Shown: in pieces, positions 50,532 through 60,723 of the stretch
Position numbering within the stretch: the stretch's first letter is position 1
Layout of the letters: each line of letters begins with the position of its first letter
From: an uncultured delta proteobacterium
GTDB lineage: Bacteria; Myxococcota_A; Polyangia; Fen-1088
Assembly (NCBI GenBank): GCA_963737265.1
Contig: CAVTRY010000023.1
Location: forward strand, 256,001-320,000
Reading direction: 5' to 3'
Length of the DNA: 64,000 nt
Translations under genes and position numbers: made by a program
The notes under the pieces: model-generated
Seen by the model: the letters and a program-made list of their open reading frames with translations, nothing else
Databases searched by the model: none
Told to the model about the DNA's origin: nothing

Positions 50532-52166
50532 CTATAGAGCAGCGATGTCGTCCGCGGGCTCGGCCGTCGGGTTGCGCGGCACCCGGATCTCGATCCGCGT
50601 GCCCTGGCCGGGATGCGAGCGCACGTGGATTGTCCCGCCGGCCCGGCCGACCGCGGCGCAGATCGCCGACATGCCGACGCCGCGCCCCGAGATGTCCGTC
50701 GTGGTAGCCGCCGTCGATAACCCGTCGATGAACACCAGCTCCAGCAGCTGGTCGTAGGTCCACCTCGCGAGGTCGAGATCGCTGCACAGCCTCAGCTCGC
50801 GCGCCTTCGCGACGAGCCGGTCGACCTCGACGCCGCGACCGTCGTCCTCGATCTCGATCTGGTAGTCGGTGATGTCCTCCGCGAACTTGATTGACAGGCG
50901 CGCGGTCGTGGCCTTGCCGGCGCGGTCATCGGCCGGCTCGATGCCGTGCTCGATCGCGTTGCGTACGACGTGACCGAGCTCGCGCACGACCGGGCCGAGC
51001 ACGGCGGCATCGATGCGCAGATCGCCGCCCTCGATCACGAGATCGACGTGCTTGGCGAAGCGTTCGGCGAGCCGCGGCACCAGCGCCTCGAGCGGCCCCA
51101 GGATCATCCGCGCCGGCCGGCGCCGGATCTGTTTGATCCAGCGCGCGATCGCGTCGGGCCGCGCGCGCGCGTGCTCCAGATGGACCAGGTCGTCAGTGGT
51201 GATCGAGATCGAGGTGGCGCTGTCGCTCGCGCTCGTCACGCCCAGCACGTCGACGTTGTGCGCGAGAAAGCTTTCGAGCGCGCGTTCGATGCGGTCGATG
51301 CCGTCCACCGTGATTGCCGGAGCGTCCTCGACCGCGTGCGCGAGCTCGGCAACCGCGGCGAGTCCGAAGCAAGCCGCGTTGCCCTTCATCGTGTGGAGCG
51401 CACGCCGGGACGCGCGCGGATCGCCGGCCACGATCGCGGCGCGGGCATCGCTCGCGAGCGCGTGGAAGTCGGCCACGAACCCGACGAACGCCTCGCGCTG
51501 GCGCAGCAGCTGGACGAGCAGGCGGTAGTGCGCGCTGTCGCGCTGTGCGGCCTCGAGCGCGGTGACGTCGCAGATCGTGATGAGCACGCTGTCGACTACG
51601 CCGTCGCGGCTGCGGATTACCCGGCCGTCGAGCTGCAGGCTGCAGCCGTCCCGGCCGGTAGCTCGGTGCGGTAGCTGGTCGAGCAGGAGCTCGCTCGGCA
51701 GGACATCATCGAACACCTGGGCGAGCCCGAGTGCAAGGTCGTCGCAGCGCGTAGCATCGAAGCCGAGCGCCGCCCCGAGCGACGCACCGGCCAGCCGGTC
51801 ATGGCCGAGCAGGTCGACGCACGAGCGCGTGAAGACGTCGCGGATCGCGCCGTCGCGGCCGACCACAAGGAACCCGAACACCACGTTGTCGAGGATGACC
51901 TGGAGATCGCGGGTCCGCGCGGCGACCTCGGCCTCGAGCCGCGCGCCGTGGCGCACGAGCTCGGCGTTGCGGAGTTCCGTCAGCTCCTGGCGACGCCGGG
52001 TCTCAGCCTCGCGTGCGCGCGCGCGTTCGACGGTGCGCTGGATGCCCGAGCCTTCACCGTTGTACAGCTCCACGACCTTGCGCTTGAGCACCGCGACGGT
52101 CCGTTCGGCGGCGAGAGCGCGTGCCCGCCAGCCGCACTCGGTCTCAGCCTCCGGCGACGCGGTCAT
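50532..52166 (-). CDS. CheA-like histidine kinase (coiled coil-PAS-Hpt-HATPase), no CheW domain
   Basis: RRALHTMKGNA...AELAHAVED (Hpt), HVVRNAIEHGIE, IEDDGRG, DISGRGVGM, GQGT. Confidence 0.85.
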   Translation of the reverse strand: MTASPEAETECGWRARALAAERTVAVLKRKVVELYNGEGSGIQRTVERARAREAETRRRQELTELRNAELVRHGARLEAEVAARTRDLQVILDNVVFGFLVVGRDGAIRDVFTRSCVDLLGHDRLAGASLGAALGFDATRCDDLALGLAQVFDDVLPSELLLDQLPHRATGRDGCSLQLDGRVIRSRDGVVDSVLITICDVTALEAAQRDSAHYRLLVQLLRQREAFVGFVADFHALASDARAAIVAGDPRASRRALHTMKGNAACFGLAAVAELAHAVEDAPAITVDGIDRIERALESFLAHNVDVLGVTSASDSATSISITTDDLVHLEHARARPDAIARWIKQIRRRPARMILGPLEALVPRLAERFAKHVDLVIEGGDLRIDAAVLGPVVRELGHVVRNAIEHGIEPADDRAGKATTARLSIKFAEDITDYQIEIEDDGRGVEVDRLVAKARELRLCSDLDLARWTYDQLLELVFIDGLSTAATTTDISGRGVGMSAICAAVGRAGGTIHVRSHPGQGTRIEIRVPRNPTAEPADDIAAL

Positions 52167-53309
52167 TCGGTTCCCTGGGTGTCGCGCAGGGCGACCGCGA
52201 CCAGCGTCTGGTTGATGTGCAGCCCGTCGAGCTGCTCGCCGTAGGTGTCGAATCCGATCATGTGCTTACAAAACCTCCGAAACAGCGCGCCGACCTCGCC
52301 GTGGGCATTGCGGGCGCCGGTCTCGAGCGCGCGAAGGATGCAGTTCGATCCGATCAGCAGGTCGATAGGACCATCGCCAGCGGCAGCCGCGAGATCGGCG
52401 GCCAGCGCGGGCACCAGCTCCTTGTGCGCGCCGACGTCGACCACCATGCCCTCCTCGATGGCGCAGTCAGAAGCTGATCGAGTCGTCGGGGTGGATCTTC
52501 TGGATCGAGCGCACGTAGAGCTGATGCCGGTACTGGAACGTGAGCGGGTTCTCGAACGTCAACCCACCGGTCAGATGGTCGCGTGGCACGCCGAGAGCGC
52601 GCGCGTAGGCCACCGCCGCAGGCTCCCCGTCGATCTCGTACACGCGGCGACCGGCGACATCGGCTTTGGTGATCGCGAGCGTCCGCGACGTCGTCACGAA
52701 GTGCTGGTGCTTGATGATCGCGAATCCAAGGTCGGCCTGGCACAGAGCTAGCACCATCGCACCGCTGGAGGCCTGATCACCGCAGATCACCTCGGTGCGC
52801 CGGAACGCGAGGTCGTCGCCGGCCGAGCCGCCGAGTAGCGCGATCCCGTCGAGCGCCTCGGCCACCAGCGGCGTCACGCGCTCCTCGCAGCCGCTCAGGC
52901 CGTCCACGAACGACAGGCAGAAGTAGCGTCGCGGGTCGAAGCTTGTGCGATCGACGCCGAGCCGCGCGAACAGGCTGTCAACGGTGCCGCGTACGCGCAC
53001 CTCGTCCGCGGTCAAGAGATCCTCGACCAGCGCGGTCGCCCAGCGCATCTTGGGCGACGCGATGCCGGTCACCACCAGCCCGCCGTTCGAGTGAGACCCC
53101 GACAGATGCTCGCCAGCGGTGGTGCAGCCCGCGATCTGCGCCGAGGGAAACCACGCCGCGAGAGCGCGCGCGACGTCGGCCGACGGCCGCACGGGCGAGG
53201 TGAACACCAGGACCATGTCGGGTGGAGACGAGCGCGGCCACGCCCCGACCGCTTCGGCGACCGCGCTCTCTGCGTCGATTGCCAGCGAGCTGCCTTCGAA
53301 GACCTCCAT
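52163..53309 (-). CDS. FIST domain (NosP-like) sensor, +1 frameshift at ~52468
   Basis: GCTTAGE, FVDGLSGCEE, GGSAGDDL, RVYEIDGEPA, SF(Y/C)CAIEEG across shift, GSNCILR, GFDTYGEQ...HINQT. Confidence 0.85.
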
Positions 53310-53432
53310 GCGATCTGAATCGACCGGTCCGCAGCTTCCATGTAGCCCGCAGGCGGAGCCAGCGCCTTCCTGAGTATAGACTCAGGTGTAGGTTTCTGTA
53401 GTTGACGCCAGAAGTACCCTTGACGGCTGAGA

Positions 53433-53525
53433 CGGTGAAGGCCGAAGACCTGCTACGCTGGGCGCTCACCTTTGCGCCCAGCCTCGCACGGATCTGTGTG
53501 GTGCGGGACGAGCCGCCATAGGCGA
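53433..53525 (+). repeat. Displaced second copy of 3' end of gene 48773-50422
   Basis: Encodes VKAEDLLRWALTFAPSLARICVVRDEPP*. Confidence 0.9.
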
Positions 53526-53628
53526 CTCCCTCGCTCCTGTGATCGCCAGCAAGCCGAATGCGCCAAGCGAGCGACTTGCTGCCACCTATTTCGCACGCCA
53601 AGCCGCCGCCGGGCTAAACTCACCCGTC

Positions 53629-55962
53629 ATGTCACGCATCGTATTTCTGCCACCCTCGCTCCTGCTTCTGTTCGCGCTCGGCCAAACCCCGGCATGGGCG
53701 CAGGCGAGCGCTTCGTCCGCGGCATGTCCCACGGGAAACCTGCTGGCGGGGAAGGCACCCGTGCAGTGGCAAGAAGTCCGGCGCGAGCTCAGCTTGCTCA
53801 CCGATGAGACCGTGGCCCCCGAGGGCGCGATCTGGGACGCGCCCCTGGCGGTCATCCTGGAAACCGGCGCCTCCACGGTGACTTGGGATTTGGGCGAAGT
53901 CACCAAGGTCCGCACCCTCGCCATCCAGGCCGACGCCAACGACACTTACAACGTGTGGGCATCCCTCGACGGCAAGGACTTCAAGTTGATGGGGCAGATC
54001 GATCCCGCCGTCGGGCACGGCTTGCGCATGCGCACGCTCGACGTGGGCGCCGGCATGCCCGCGCGCTTCCTGCGCGTCGGCGAGGGCAAGGGCGACAGCT
54101 TCTATTCGGTATCGGAAGTGGCGGCCTACTGCCAGACGCCGACGCCGTTTCCACCGCAGATGAAGGTGGTCGATGCGCCCACCGCCACCGCGCCCAAGAC
54201 CTACCTCGACTATTGGAACAACGACACCGCCGCGCGCTGGGAGATGATCCTCGCCGCCTTGGGCGCGATTCTGTTGTGGTGGGAACGCCGCCTCATCGGC
54301 CTCGGCAAGGCCGCGCTCAAGCGCCGGCTGCGCCAGGTTCTGCTCGGCACCATGGGCGTCCTCGCCTTCTGTTCGTTCTTCAATTTCGGCTTCTGGCACT
54401 TCCCCAACTTCGTGCACGGCTGGGACACCTTTCATTATTACATCGGCTCCAAGTATTTTAAGGAGCTGCACTACGAGCGCCTGTACGAATGCGTAGCCAC
54501 CGCGGATTCCGAAGAGCCGCTGTTGCGCCGCCGGGTCGAGCTGCGCAAGCTGACCAACCTGCGCACCAATATCGTCGAAACCACCGCCGACATTCTCGCC
54601 CATCCCGAGCGTTGCAAAGAGCACTTCACCCCGGCGCGCTGGCAAGCCTTCAAGGACGATCTGCGCTACTTCCGCACGCTGGAAAATCCGCGGCGCTGGG
54701 ACGACGCCCAGACCGATCACGGATTCAACGGCACACCGGTGTGGAACATCCTCGGCTCGGTTCTGACCAACTTAGCCCCGCCGGCCAGCCACGCGACCAT
54801 CCTGGCGCTCGACAGCATCGACGTCATTCTCATCACCATCATGGCGGGCCTTTTGTGGTGGGCCTTTGGCTGGCGCGCGGTGTCCGTCGCGCTCATCGTG
54901 TTCGCCACCAACTTCCCTTCGCGCTGGTATTGGATCGGCGGTTCGTTCCTGCGCTGGGACTGGCTGTTCTGGATGGGGGTCGGGCTGTGTCTCATCAAGA
55001 AGGACTATCCGCTGTGGGCAGGCGCGGCCATCATGTACGCTGCGCTTTTGCGCATTTTTCCCGGCTTCATGTTCGTCGCGCCCTTGATTGCGCTGGTGGT
55101 CCATTACATTCAGAAGCGGGAATGGGATCGCCGTTGGGTACGCATGTTCGCCGGCGCGGCTCTGGCCGTGGCATTGCTGGTACCTATCAGCTTCGCGACC
55201 TCGGGTGGACCGACGATTTATGCGCAGTTCATTCGCAACACCGCCAAGCATTCGGAAACGCCGCTGACCAACCACATGGGACTGCGCACGGTCATCGACT
55301 TCCGGCCGTCCGAAACGGCCGACCGCATGAACACGCCGGGCATGACCGATCCGTGGCTGCGCTGGAAACAGGCGCGCCTCAAAGCCTTCCACGAATCCAT
55401 CCCGCTCTACGTGTCGTTGGTGATTTGCTACCTGGTGCTGATTGGGCTCGCCATTCGAGGCGTCGATCCGTGGGTGACCGTCGCACTGTCGGTGACCGTC
55501 ATCGCGGTCGGTTCGGAGCTGACCTGTTACTATTACGCCTTTCTTATATTCCCGGCGCTGCTCTATGCGGTGGTTCCGCGCGCGGGCGAATGGCTGCTGT
55601 GGTTGACCGCGCTTACCGAATTCGTAGGTTGGGCGCCCATCAACCATATACCGAATTGGATCAAAGCCGTCATGCCGGCCGCCATGAGGGAAAGCCCGTT
55701 CGTCGCCAACTTCGGCATGCCGAAGGGGCTCGACGAGCAATACACCTGGATGTCGTTTGCGACGTTGATTGTCTTCGCGCTCATCGCGCGCGACTTGTTG
55801 CTGCTGCGCAGTCCAGCCTTGGCGCCGGCCGGGGCCGACGCGGCGGATGGCGAAGAAGTGATCGCGGAAAAAGTCGTGGCCGCGAAGGTTCTCGTGCCCG
55901 TGGTTGCGCAATCGGCCCGCCCGCAGGGTGCGGGGCGCAGGAGCAAGCGAAGGCGCCGCTAG
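53629..55962 (+). CDS. Membrane protein: signal peptide, discoidin/F5-8-like domain, GT-C (GT87-like) membrane domain
   Basis: TWDLG...IQADANDTY...ARFLRV; HGWDTFHYYIGSKYF..L.Y..LY, DHGFNGTPVW, GGSFLRWDW, LLRIFP. Confidence 0.65.
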   Translation: MSRIVFLPPSLLLLFALGQTPAWAQASASSAACPTGNLLAGKAPVQWQEVRRELSLLTDETVAPEGAIWDAPLAVILETGASTVTWDLGEVTKVRTLAIQADANDTYNVWASLDGKDFKLMGQIDPAVGHGLRMRTLDVGAGMPARFLRVGEGKGDSFYSVSEVAAYCQTPTPFPPQMKVVDAPTATAPKTYLDYWNNDTAARWEMILAALGAILLWWERRLIGLGKAALKRRLRQVLLGTMGVLAFCSFFNFGFWHFPNFVHGWDTFHYYIGSKYFKELHYERLYECVATADSEEPLLRRRVELRKLTNLRTNIVETTADILAHPERCKEHFTPARWQAFKDDLRYFRTLENPRRWDDAQTDHGFNGTPVWNILGSVLTNLAPPASHATILALDSIDVILITIMAGLLWWAFGWRAVSVALIVFATNFPSRWYWIGGSFLRWDWLFWMGVGLCLIKKDYPLWAGAAIMYAALLRIFPGFMFVAPLIALVVHYIQKREWDRRWVRMFAGAALAVALLVPISFATSGGPTIYAQFIRNTAKHSETPLTNHMGLRTVIDFRPSETADRMNTPGMTDPWLRWKQARLKAFHESIPLYVSLVICYLVLIGLAIRGVDPWVTVALSVTVIAVGSELTCYYYAFLIFPALLYAVVPRAGEWLLWLTALTEFVGWAPINHIPNWIKAVMPAAMRESPFVANFGMPKGLDEQYTWMSFATLIVFALIARDLLLLRSPALAPAGADAADGEEVIAEKVVAAKVLVPVVAQSARPQGAGRRSKRRRR

Positions 55963-56028
55963 CCAGTTTGCGCCGAAAACATCCGGGTGCTATCCCATCC
56001 CCTTTCGCGATTTCCACGGAGAACCATC

Positions 56029-56310
56029 ACGAAGAACCTGCTCGTCCTTGCATTCCTTGCTTCCAGTCTGCTTGCTTCCCCCGCCACCGTCCGCGCGGCA
56101 GGCACCAAGACCTATCAGGTCACCGGCCCCGTGCTCGAGGTGCGCGACGACGCGATCGTCGTGCAGAAGGGCAAGGAAAAATGGGAGATCGCGCGCAGCC
56201 CCGACACCAAGGTCAAGGGCGATCTCAAGGTCGGCGCCAAGGCGACCATCGAGTACCGCATGACCGCCACGACGGTCGAAGCGAAAGAAGACGCCAAGGC
56301 CAGGAAGTAG
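56029..56310 (+). CDS. Small secreted OB-fold-like protein; start codon reads ACG
   Basis: GGAGA RBS then ACG AAG AAC, signal peptide, KTYQVTGPVLEV...GDLKVGAKATIEYRMTA. Confidence 0.7.
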   Translation, partial: TKNLLVLAFLASSLLASPATVRAAGTKTYQVTGPVLEVRDDAIVVQKGKEKWEIARSPDTKVKGDLKVGAKATIEYRMTATTVEAKEDAKARK

Positions 56311-56329
56311 GTTCGAGCCGCGTGCTGCG

Positions 56330-56441
56330 GGCGATTGCGCGCACCGCTGTGGTAGAAGTCGAAGCCGAAGGCATTGCTGGCCTTCACCGCGCCGTCCACG
56401 GCAAAAGCAGCGGCAAGGGCGGCGGAAATGCGCGTGCTCAT
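56330..56441 (-). pseudogene. Serpin N-terminal fragment
   Basis: MSTRISAALAAAFAVDGAVKASNAFGFDFY resembles serpin helix A (aN.FafdLY); similarity ends immediately after. Confidence 0.45.
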
Positions 56442-56503
56442 AACTTCCACCCTAGCGAGTCCACCTGGAAAAACAGGCCGCGCGCCGACGAGGGCAGCTG
56501 CGG

Positions 56504-57601
56504 TCAATGACCCGCGCGCAGCTTCGCGCGCACGAAGGCGCCGCTGGCTGTGAGCTCCTCGGGACCCCAAACGGGGTAGCCTTCGGATCCCATAGTCTCG
56601 GGCACGAGCAAGGACTCGCGCTCGGCAAGAGTCGTCTTGCCCTGCTTCATCAACCCGTCGAGGCTGACCAGCGCCGCCGAAGTCTCGCTTTTGTCACAAA
56701 GCGACCAATTGATCCAACTGATCATGTGACGATCCAAGAAAGCCAACCATTCTTCGGATTCGGGAAGGAAGGTCCCGCCTGTGCCCGAGGCCTCGCTGGT
56801 CCCCCATTCGGAACAGAACACGGCGGCCCCACGGTCGATGGCGGCCTGGACCTTGTTGCGTAGTGCCTGTCCGTGGGTGCCGGCGTAGAAATGAAAGGAG
56901 TACATCAAGTTCTTCCCTTGCAGCGGATCGGCCGCTGCGATGTCCACGTCCTGACTCCAGGTGCTCGATCCAATTAGAATGAGGTTGTTCGGATCGTTGG
57001 CGCGAATGGTGGCGACGATCTTTTCCGCGTAGGGCTTGAGGTCGTCGGCCCAGACCACCGGACCGTTGGGTTCGCTCATGATCTCGTAGAGGACATTGGG
57101 ATACTTGCCGTACCTCTTCGAGGCCTCGTCAAAGAAACCCTCGGCGCCGCGGTAGGTCCGGTCATTGGGATTTCCCGGGCTCAACATCTGCCAATCCACG
57201 ATGGCGTACATGCCGTACTTCATCGCCAGCTCGACGCCTTGCCAGACCAGTTGCTTGAGCTCGGGATGAAAAGCGTAGCCGCCTTCGCCGGGGTACATGG
57301 CAAGGCGAACCACGTCGGCCTTCCAGTCTTTCGCCAAAGCGGCGAAGGCCGCGTCGTTCACAATTGCCCCGAACCATTGCAGGCCCATCGTGCTCATGCC
57401 GCGCAATTGAACCGGCTTGCCGCTGCCGTCGCACAAGTGGTTTCCGATGACCTGCAATTTGCCGTGCCGGGTGGGCGGGTTCGCCTGCACTGTCGAGGAC
57501 GTGGCCGGCCTCGCCAGCTGGGGGCGGGAAGCCGAAGCACAGGCCGAGGTGCACAGAGCGAGTAGAACGAAGCCGCAAATCGCATGAGGAATTCTCATCA
57601 T
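56504..57601 (-). CDS. Glycoside hydrolase family 5 endoglucanase (GH5_2-like), probable lipoprotein
   Basis: VQLRGMST.GLQW, VVRLAMY, YAIVDW, NVLYEIMSEP, HFYAGTH, FCSEWG, SWINWSL. Confidence 0.9.
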   Translation of the reverse strand: MMRIPHAICGFVLLALCTSACASASRPQLARPATSSTVQANPPTRHGKLQVIGNHLCDGSGKPVQLRGMSTMGLQWFGAIVNDAAFAALAKDWKADVVRLAMYPGEGGYAFHPELKQLVWQGVELAMKYGMYAIVDWQMLSPGNPNDRTYRGAEGFFDEASKRYGKYPNVLYEIMSEPNGPVVWADDLKPYAEKIVATIRANDPNNLILIGSSTWSQDVDIAAADPLQGKNLMYSFHFYAGTHGQALRNKVQAAIDRGAAVFCSEWGTSEASGTGGTFLPESEEWLAFLDRHMISWINWSLCDKSETSAALVSLDGLMKQGKTTLAERESLLVPETMGSEGYPVWGPEELTASGAFVRAKLRAGH

Positions 57602-57831
57602 CACGGTGACTTCCTACCACCACGCGCCTAGCGCGGCCAGGCGCGTGGGTTGCGTATTAGACAAGCCCTAAGCCCCAATCACGGGAATCGGAATGACGGC
57701 CGAGAAGACGGCGAAGCGGCCGGCGGCGTGGGCGATGCAGGGACGATGCGTGCCTGTTAACAGGTCTGAAATACCTGATAGACCGCTGCTCGGTCCCGTG
57801 AGAGCATTCCTTGTTTTCCGCGGAGACATTC

Positions 57832-58473
57832 ATGACGATCTGGAACCCCCGTTTGTTGGTCATCACGAGCATTCTGGTTGCCAGCGCGACCTTGGCCACG
57901 CCGGCTGTTACCCGTGCGCAGGGCCAGCCCGCGCCGTCCATTGCCCCACCGGCATCGGCGCTGACTCGGCTGCAAGTGGACGCGTTCGCCGAGCTACTCG
58001 GCGAACCCAAGGATGTGGTTTGGCGGCGCTTGCTGGCGGATCCGGGCTTGGTTCCGCTGGCCGCCGCGGCGGCCGAGACACGCATGGAGCGCAAGAGTTC
58101 GGGCAAGACCATGACGATCGTCGGCTTCACGATCTTGGGCGTCGGACTCGTCGCAGGCTACCTCATCGTCCTGTCCGGGATTTCGGACGGCATCAATTGC
58201 GGCTACGACAGCAGTTGCTCCCAAAGTAACGACGGCCGTATCACAACCGGTTTCGCCGTCGGGCTCGTATCAACTGGCGTGGGTCTCGCGATTGGAATCC
58301 CCGGCATTGTCCGTATGGCCAAGCAGACCGAGGTCGAGACCGAAGCGGTGGACCGCTACCAATACACCGGCACCGGCCAGCAGCCCATATTTCCGCCCGG
58401 GTACTCGAGCGCCCTGCCCGGCGGCGCGAGGGGAAAGGCCCTCAACCTTTCGCTGCTGTCGTTCAAGTTCTAG
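57832..58473 (+). CDS. Hypothetical exported/membrane protein
   Basis: GGAGA RBS, signal peptide, two Gly-rich TM helices, C-terminal F. Confidence 0.6.
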   Translation: MTIWNPRLLVITSILVASATLATPAVTRAQGQPAPSIAPPASALTRLQVDAFAELLGEPKDVVWRRLLADPGLVPLAAAAAETRMERKSSGKTMTIVGFTILGVGLVAGYLIVLSGISDGINCGYDSSCSQSNDGRITTGFAVGLVSTGVGLAIGIPGIVRMAKQTEVETEAVDRYQYTGTGQQPIFPPGYSSALPGGARGKALNLSLLSFKF

Positions 58474-59737
58474 GCGCTTCGCCGAGCTTCACCTTGCGAA
58501 AGGTTCGCCACACCAGCAGGTCGTAGGCGATCTTGAGGCCGCCGGCGAGGAAGAACGGTATGCTTGCCAAGGCGGCCGATGCAAACAGCGGCCCGGCCAG
58601 CAGCGGCGAAAGCGCGGCGCCCACGGTGCGCGCGATGCCGGTCACGCCAGCCGCGGCGGAGCGTTCGCCTGGCGACACGAGCGCCATGGTGTAGGCCTGG
58701 CGAGTCGGGACGTCCATCTGAGAAATGCTGAAGCGCAGAAGCAGGACCGCGATGGCGAGCGGCAAGCTCGGCATGAGCGGCACGAGGAGAAGAAGCACGT
58801 TCGACGGGATGTGCGTTCCGACCATGGTGGCCAATAGTCCAATCCGTTTGGCAAGGCGCGAGGCGGTGAGCGCTGAAATTCCGGCAAGAATGTTTGCGCC
58901 AAAGAAGATGCCGCCGAGCACGGTGGGCGAAACCCCGAAGCGCCGCTGGAACCAATAGGCGACGAAGGCCTGCACCACGAAGCCGCCGGCAAACGCATCC
59001 ATGGAAAACAAACCGGCCAGCTTCAACACGTTGGTCCGCGATGTGGACAGTCCAAGTCGACCGCCGAGCCCTGACGACGGCCGAACAGCTCGTTTCGCCT
59101 CCGGCGCTTCAGCCGCCCGCGAGAGCCGCGAGAAGATGAGGGCCAGAACCGCGCCGATGACGGCGTAGCCGGCGACCACCGCTCGATAGCTGCCAAGCGG
59201 AGTGAGCCCGCGGCCTTGCAGCTGCTCGGCCAAGGCCCCACCGCACAGACTGCCAAGCGCGGTGGCGAAGGAGCCGACGAGATTGTACCAAGCGAATATT
59301 CCGGTGCGGCGTTCGGCGGGAATTTCCTCGGAAAGCGCAGCCTGCTCGACGGCGAGAAAGGGGCCGACCTCGTTGCCGCTCGGACTTATGACACCGACGG
59401 TGGCGGCCACCAGCAGCAGCGCAAACGAGCGCGTAACCGCGAACAGAACGCCGGCGAAGATCATCAGCACCGCACCGGCCAGCAGCATGCGCTGGCGGCC
59501 GACCCTATCGGCGCGGGTCGTGATCCACAGCGAGATCGCCGTGTCGCCGAGCAGTGTCAGCGTCAGCAGAAGTCCAATCTGACTTTCCGAAAGGCCCGCG
59601 GCGGCGAGGTGGAGCACCAACACCACCGACACGAACCCGTAGGCGAAGAGGCGCAGAATGCGGGTCGCAAAAAGCAGACGCACATCACGCGACAGCTCAC
59701 GCGGTCGTAGGCCGTCTTGAACCTTGTCCTGCGCCAT
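58463..59737 (-). CDS. MFS transporter
   Basis: ADRVGRQRML motif, SPSGNEVGPF, SQMDVPTRQAY, ~12 TMs. Confidence 0.9.
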   Translation of the reverse strand: MAQDKVQDGLRPRELSRDVRLLFATRILRLFAYGFVSVVLVLHLAAAGLSESQIGLLLTLTLLGDTAISLWITTRADRVGRQRMLLAGAVLMIFAGVLFAVTRSFALLLVAATVGVISPSGNEVGPFLAVEQAALSEEIPAERRTGIFAWYNLVGSFATALGSLCGGALAEQLQGRGLTPLGSYRAVVAGYAVIGAVLALIFSRLSRAAEAPEAKRAVRPSSGLGGRLGLSTSRTNVLKLAGLFSMDAFAGGFVVQAFVAYWFQRRFGVSPTVLGGIFFGANILAGISALTASRLAKRIGLLATMVGTHIPSNVLLLLVPLMPSLPLAIAVLLLRFSISQMDVPTRQAYTMALVSPGERSAAAGVTGIARTVGAALSPLLAGPLFASAALASIPFFLAGGLKIAYDLLVWRTFRKVKLGEAPRT

Positions 59738-59758
59738 TCGCCGCGACAGCCGTGCGGA

Positions 59759-60517
59759 CTACTCGCGGCGCCAGTGGCCGGGACGATAGCGCGCGTGGTG
59801 CGGTCCACCCTCCCAGCGCGCCGGCTCCCAAACCCAACCAGCCCGCCGTGCCTCCCAATGCCCCGGCATCCACACGTTTTGCCGACCGTCCCAATGCCAG
59901 TTGCCGCCGATCCAGAAATACCCGGGACCCGGCGACGGCCCCATGACCTCTCTGCGGGGTGGCGGCGGCGCCATGTTCACCGTCACTTCGGCCGGTGGCG
60001 CATACACCGGTTCGGGAGGCGGCGGCGCGTACACCGGCGCGGGTGCGGCCGACCAGTAACCGGGCGTAAAGACCCATTCCCCGCCTTCGCTGACCCAACG
60101 GCCTTCGACCCAAACCTGTCCTTGCGCCGGCGGCAAATCCCAACGACCGCCGATCCAAACGTGCCGTCCACCTTCCCAGCCCCAGTAGCCGCCGATCCAA
60201 ACGTGCCGAGGCGACGGCGCCATCGGCCGAACCTCGCGGCGCATGGGCGGCGGCGCCATGCGAGCGCGGTACATCGGTCCGGGGTGGTTGTCGTGGAAGC
60301 GCTCGCGCTCGATTTCGTGCCGATCGCGTTCGACCTCGTGCCGCTGCCGCTCCGCCTCATGGCGCTGCCGTTCCGCATCACGATTCTGTTCGTGCTCATC
60401 GTGGCGGAAATCGCGATGCTCGTCGCGACGCTGTTCTTCCCGATCCGGCTGGGCACGTGCCGGAAAGCCCGATCCGACCGAGAATAGTACTGCTGTGATT
60501 CCTACGAGGGTCTTCAT
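59759..60517 (-). CDS. Secreted YXWGXW/WxxGxW repeat protein
   Basis: Signal peptide, charged region, multiple VWIGGYW/WVEGRW/WMPGHW repeats with APPP-RRE. Confidence 0.85.
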   Translation of the reverse strand: MKTLVGITAVLFSVGSGFPARAQPDREEQRRDEHRDFRHDEHEQNRDAERQRHEAERQRHEVERDRHEIERERFHDNHPGPMYRARMAPPPMRREVRPMAPSPRHVWIGGYWGWEGGRHVWIGGRWDLPPAQGQVWVEGRWVSEGGEWVFTPGYWSAAPAPVYAPPPPEPVYAPPAEVTVNMAPPPPRREVMGPSPGPGYFWIGGNWHWDGRQNVWMPGHWEARRAGWVWEPARWEGGPHHARYRPGHWRRE

Positions 60518-60723
60518 GGCTGGCTCCTTCAAGGCTGGGGACCACTATAATGACGATCCAAACCCCAATTCAATTCTAAGCAGACGCATTTAGCCGACCT
60601 TGACATTGCAAGATCCGGCGGGTTCGGCTAAGAGAGTGCTGTAAGGGGCCAAACCAGGCGAAACTCGCGGCAGCAACGGCGGTGCCCAACGCGGCGATGC
60701 TGTCGCCAATGTGACTTAGGAAC

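Noticed and set aside
59759-60517. Nucleotide repeats in this region
   Set aside because: Explained by WxxGxW and charged peptide repeats of a known protein family
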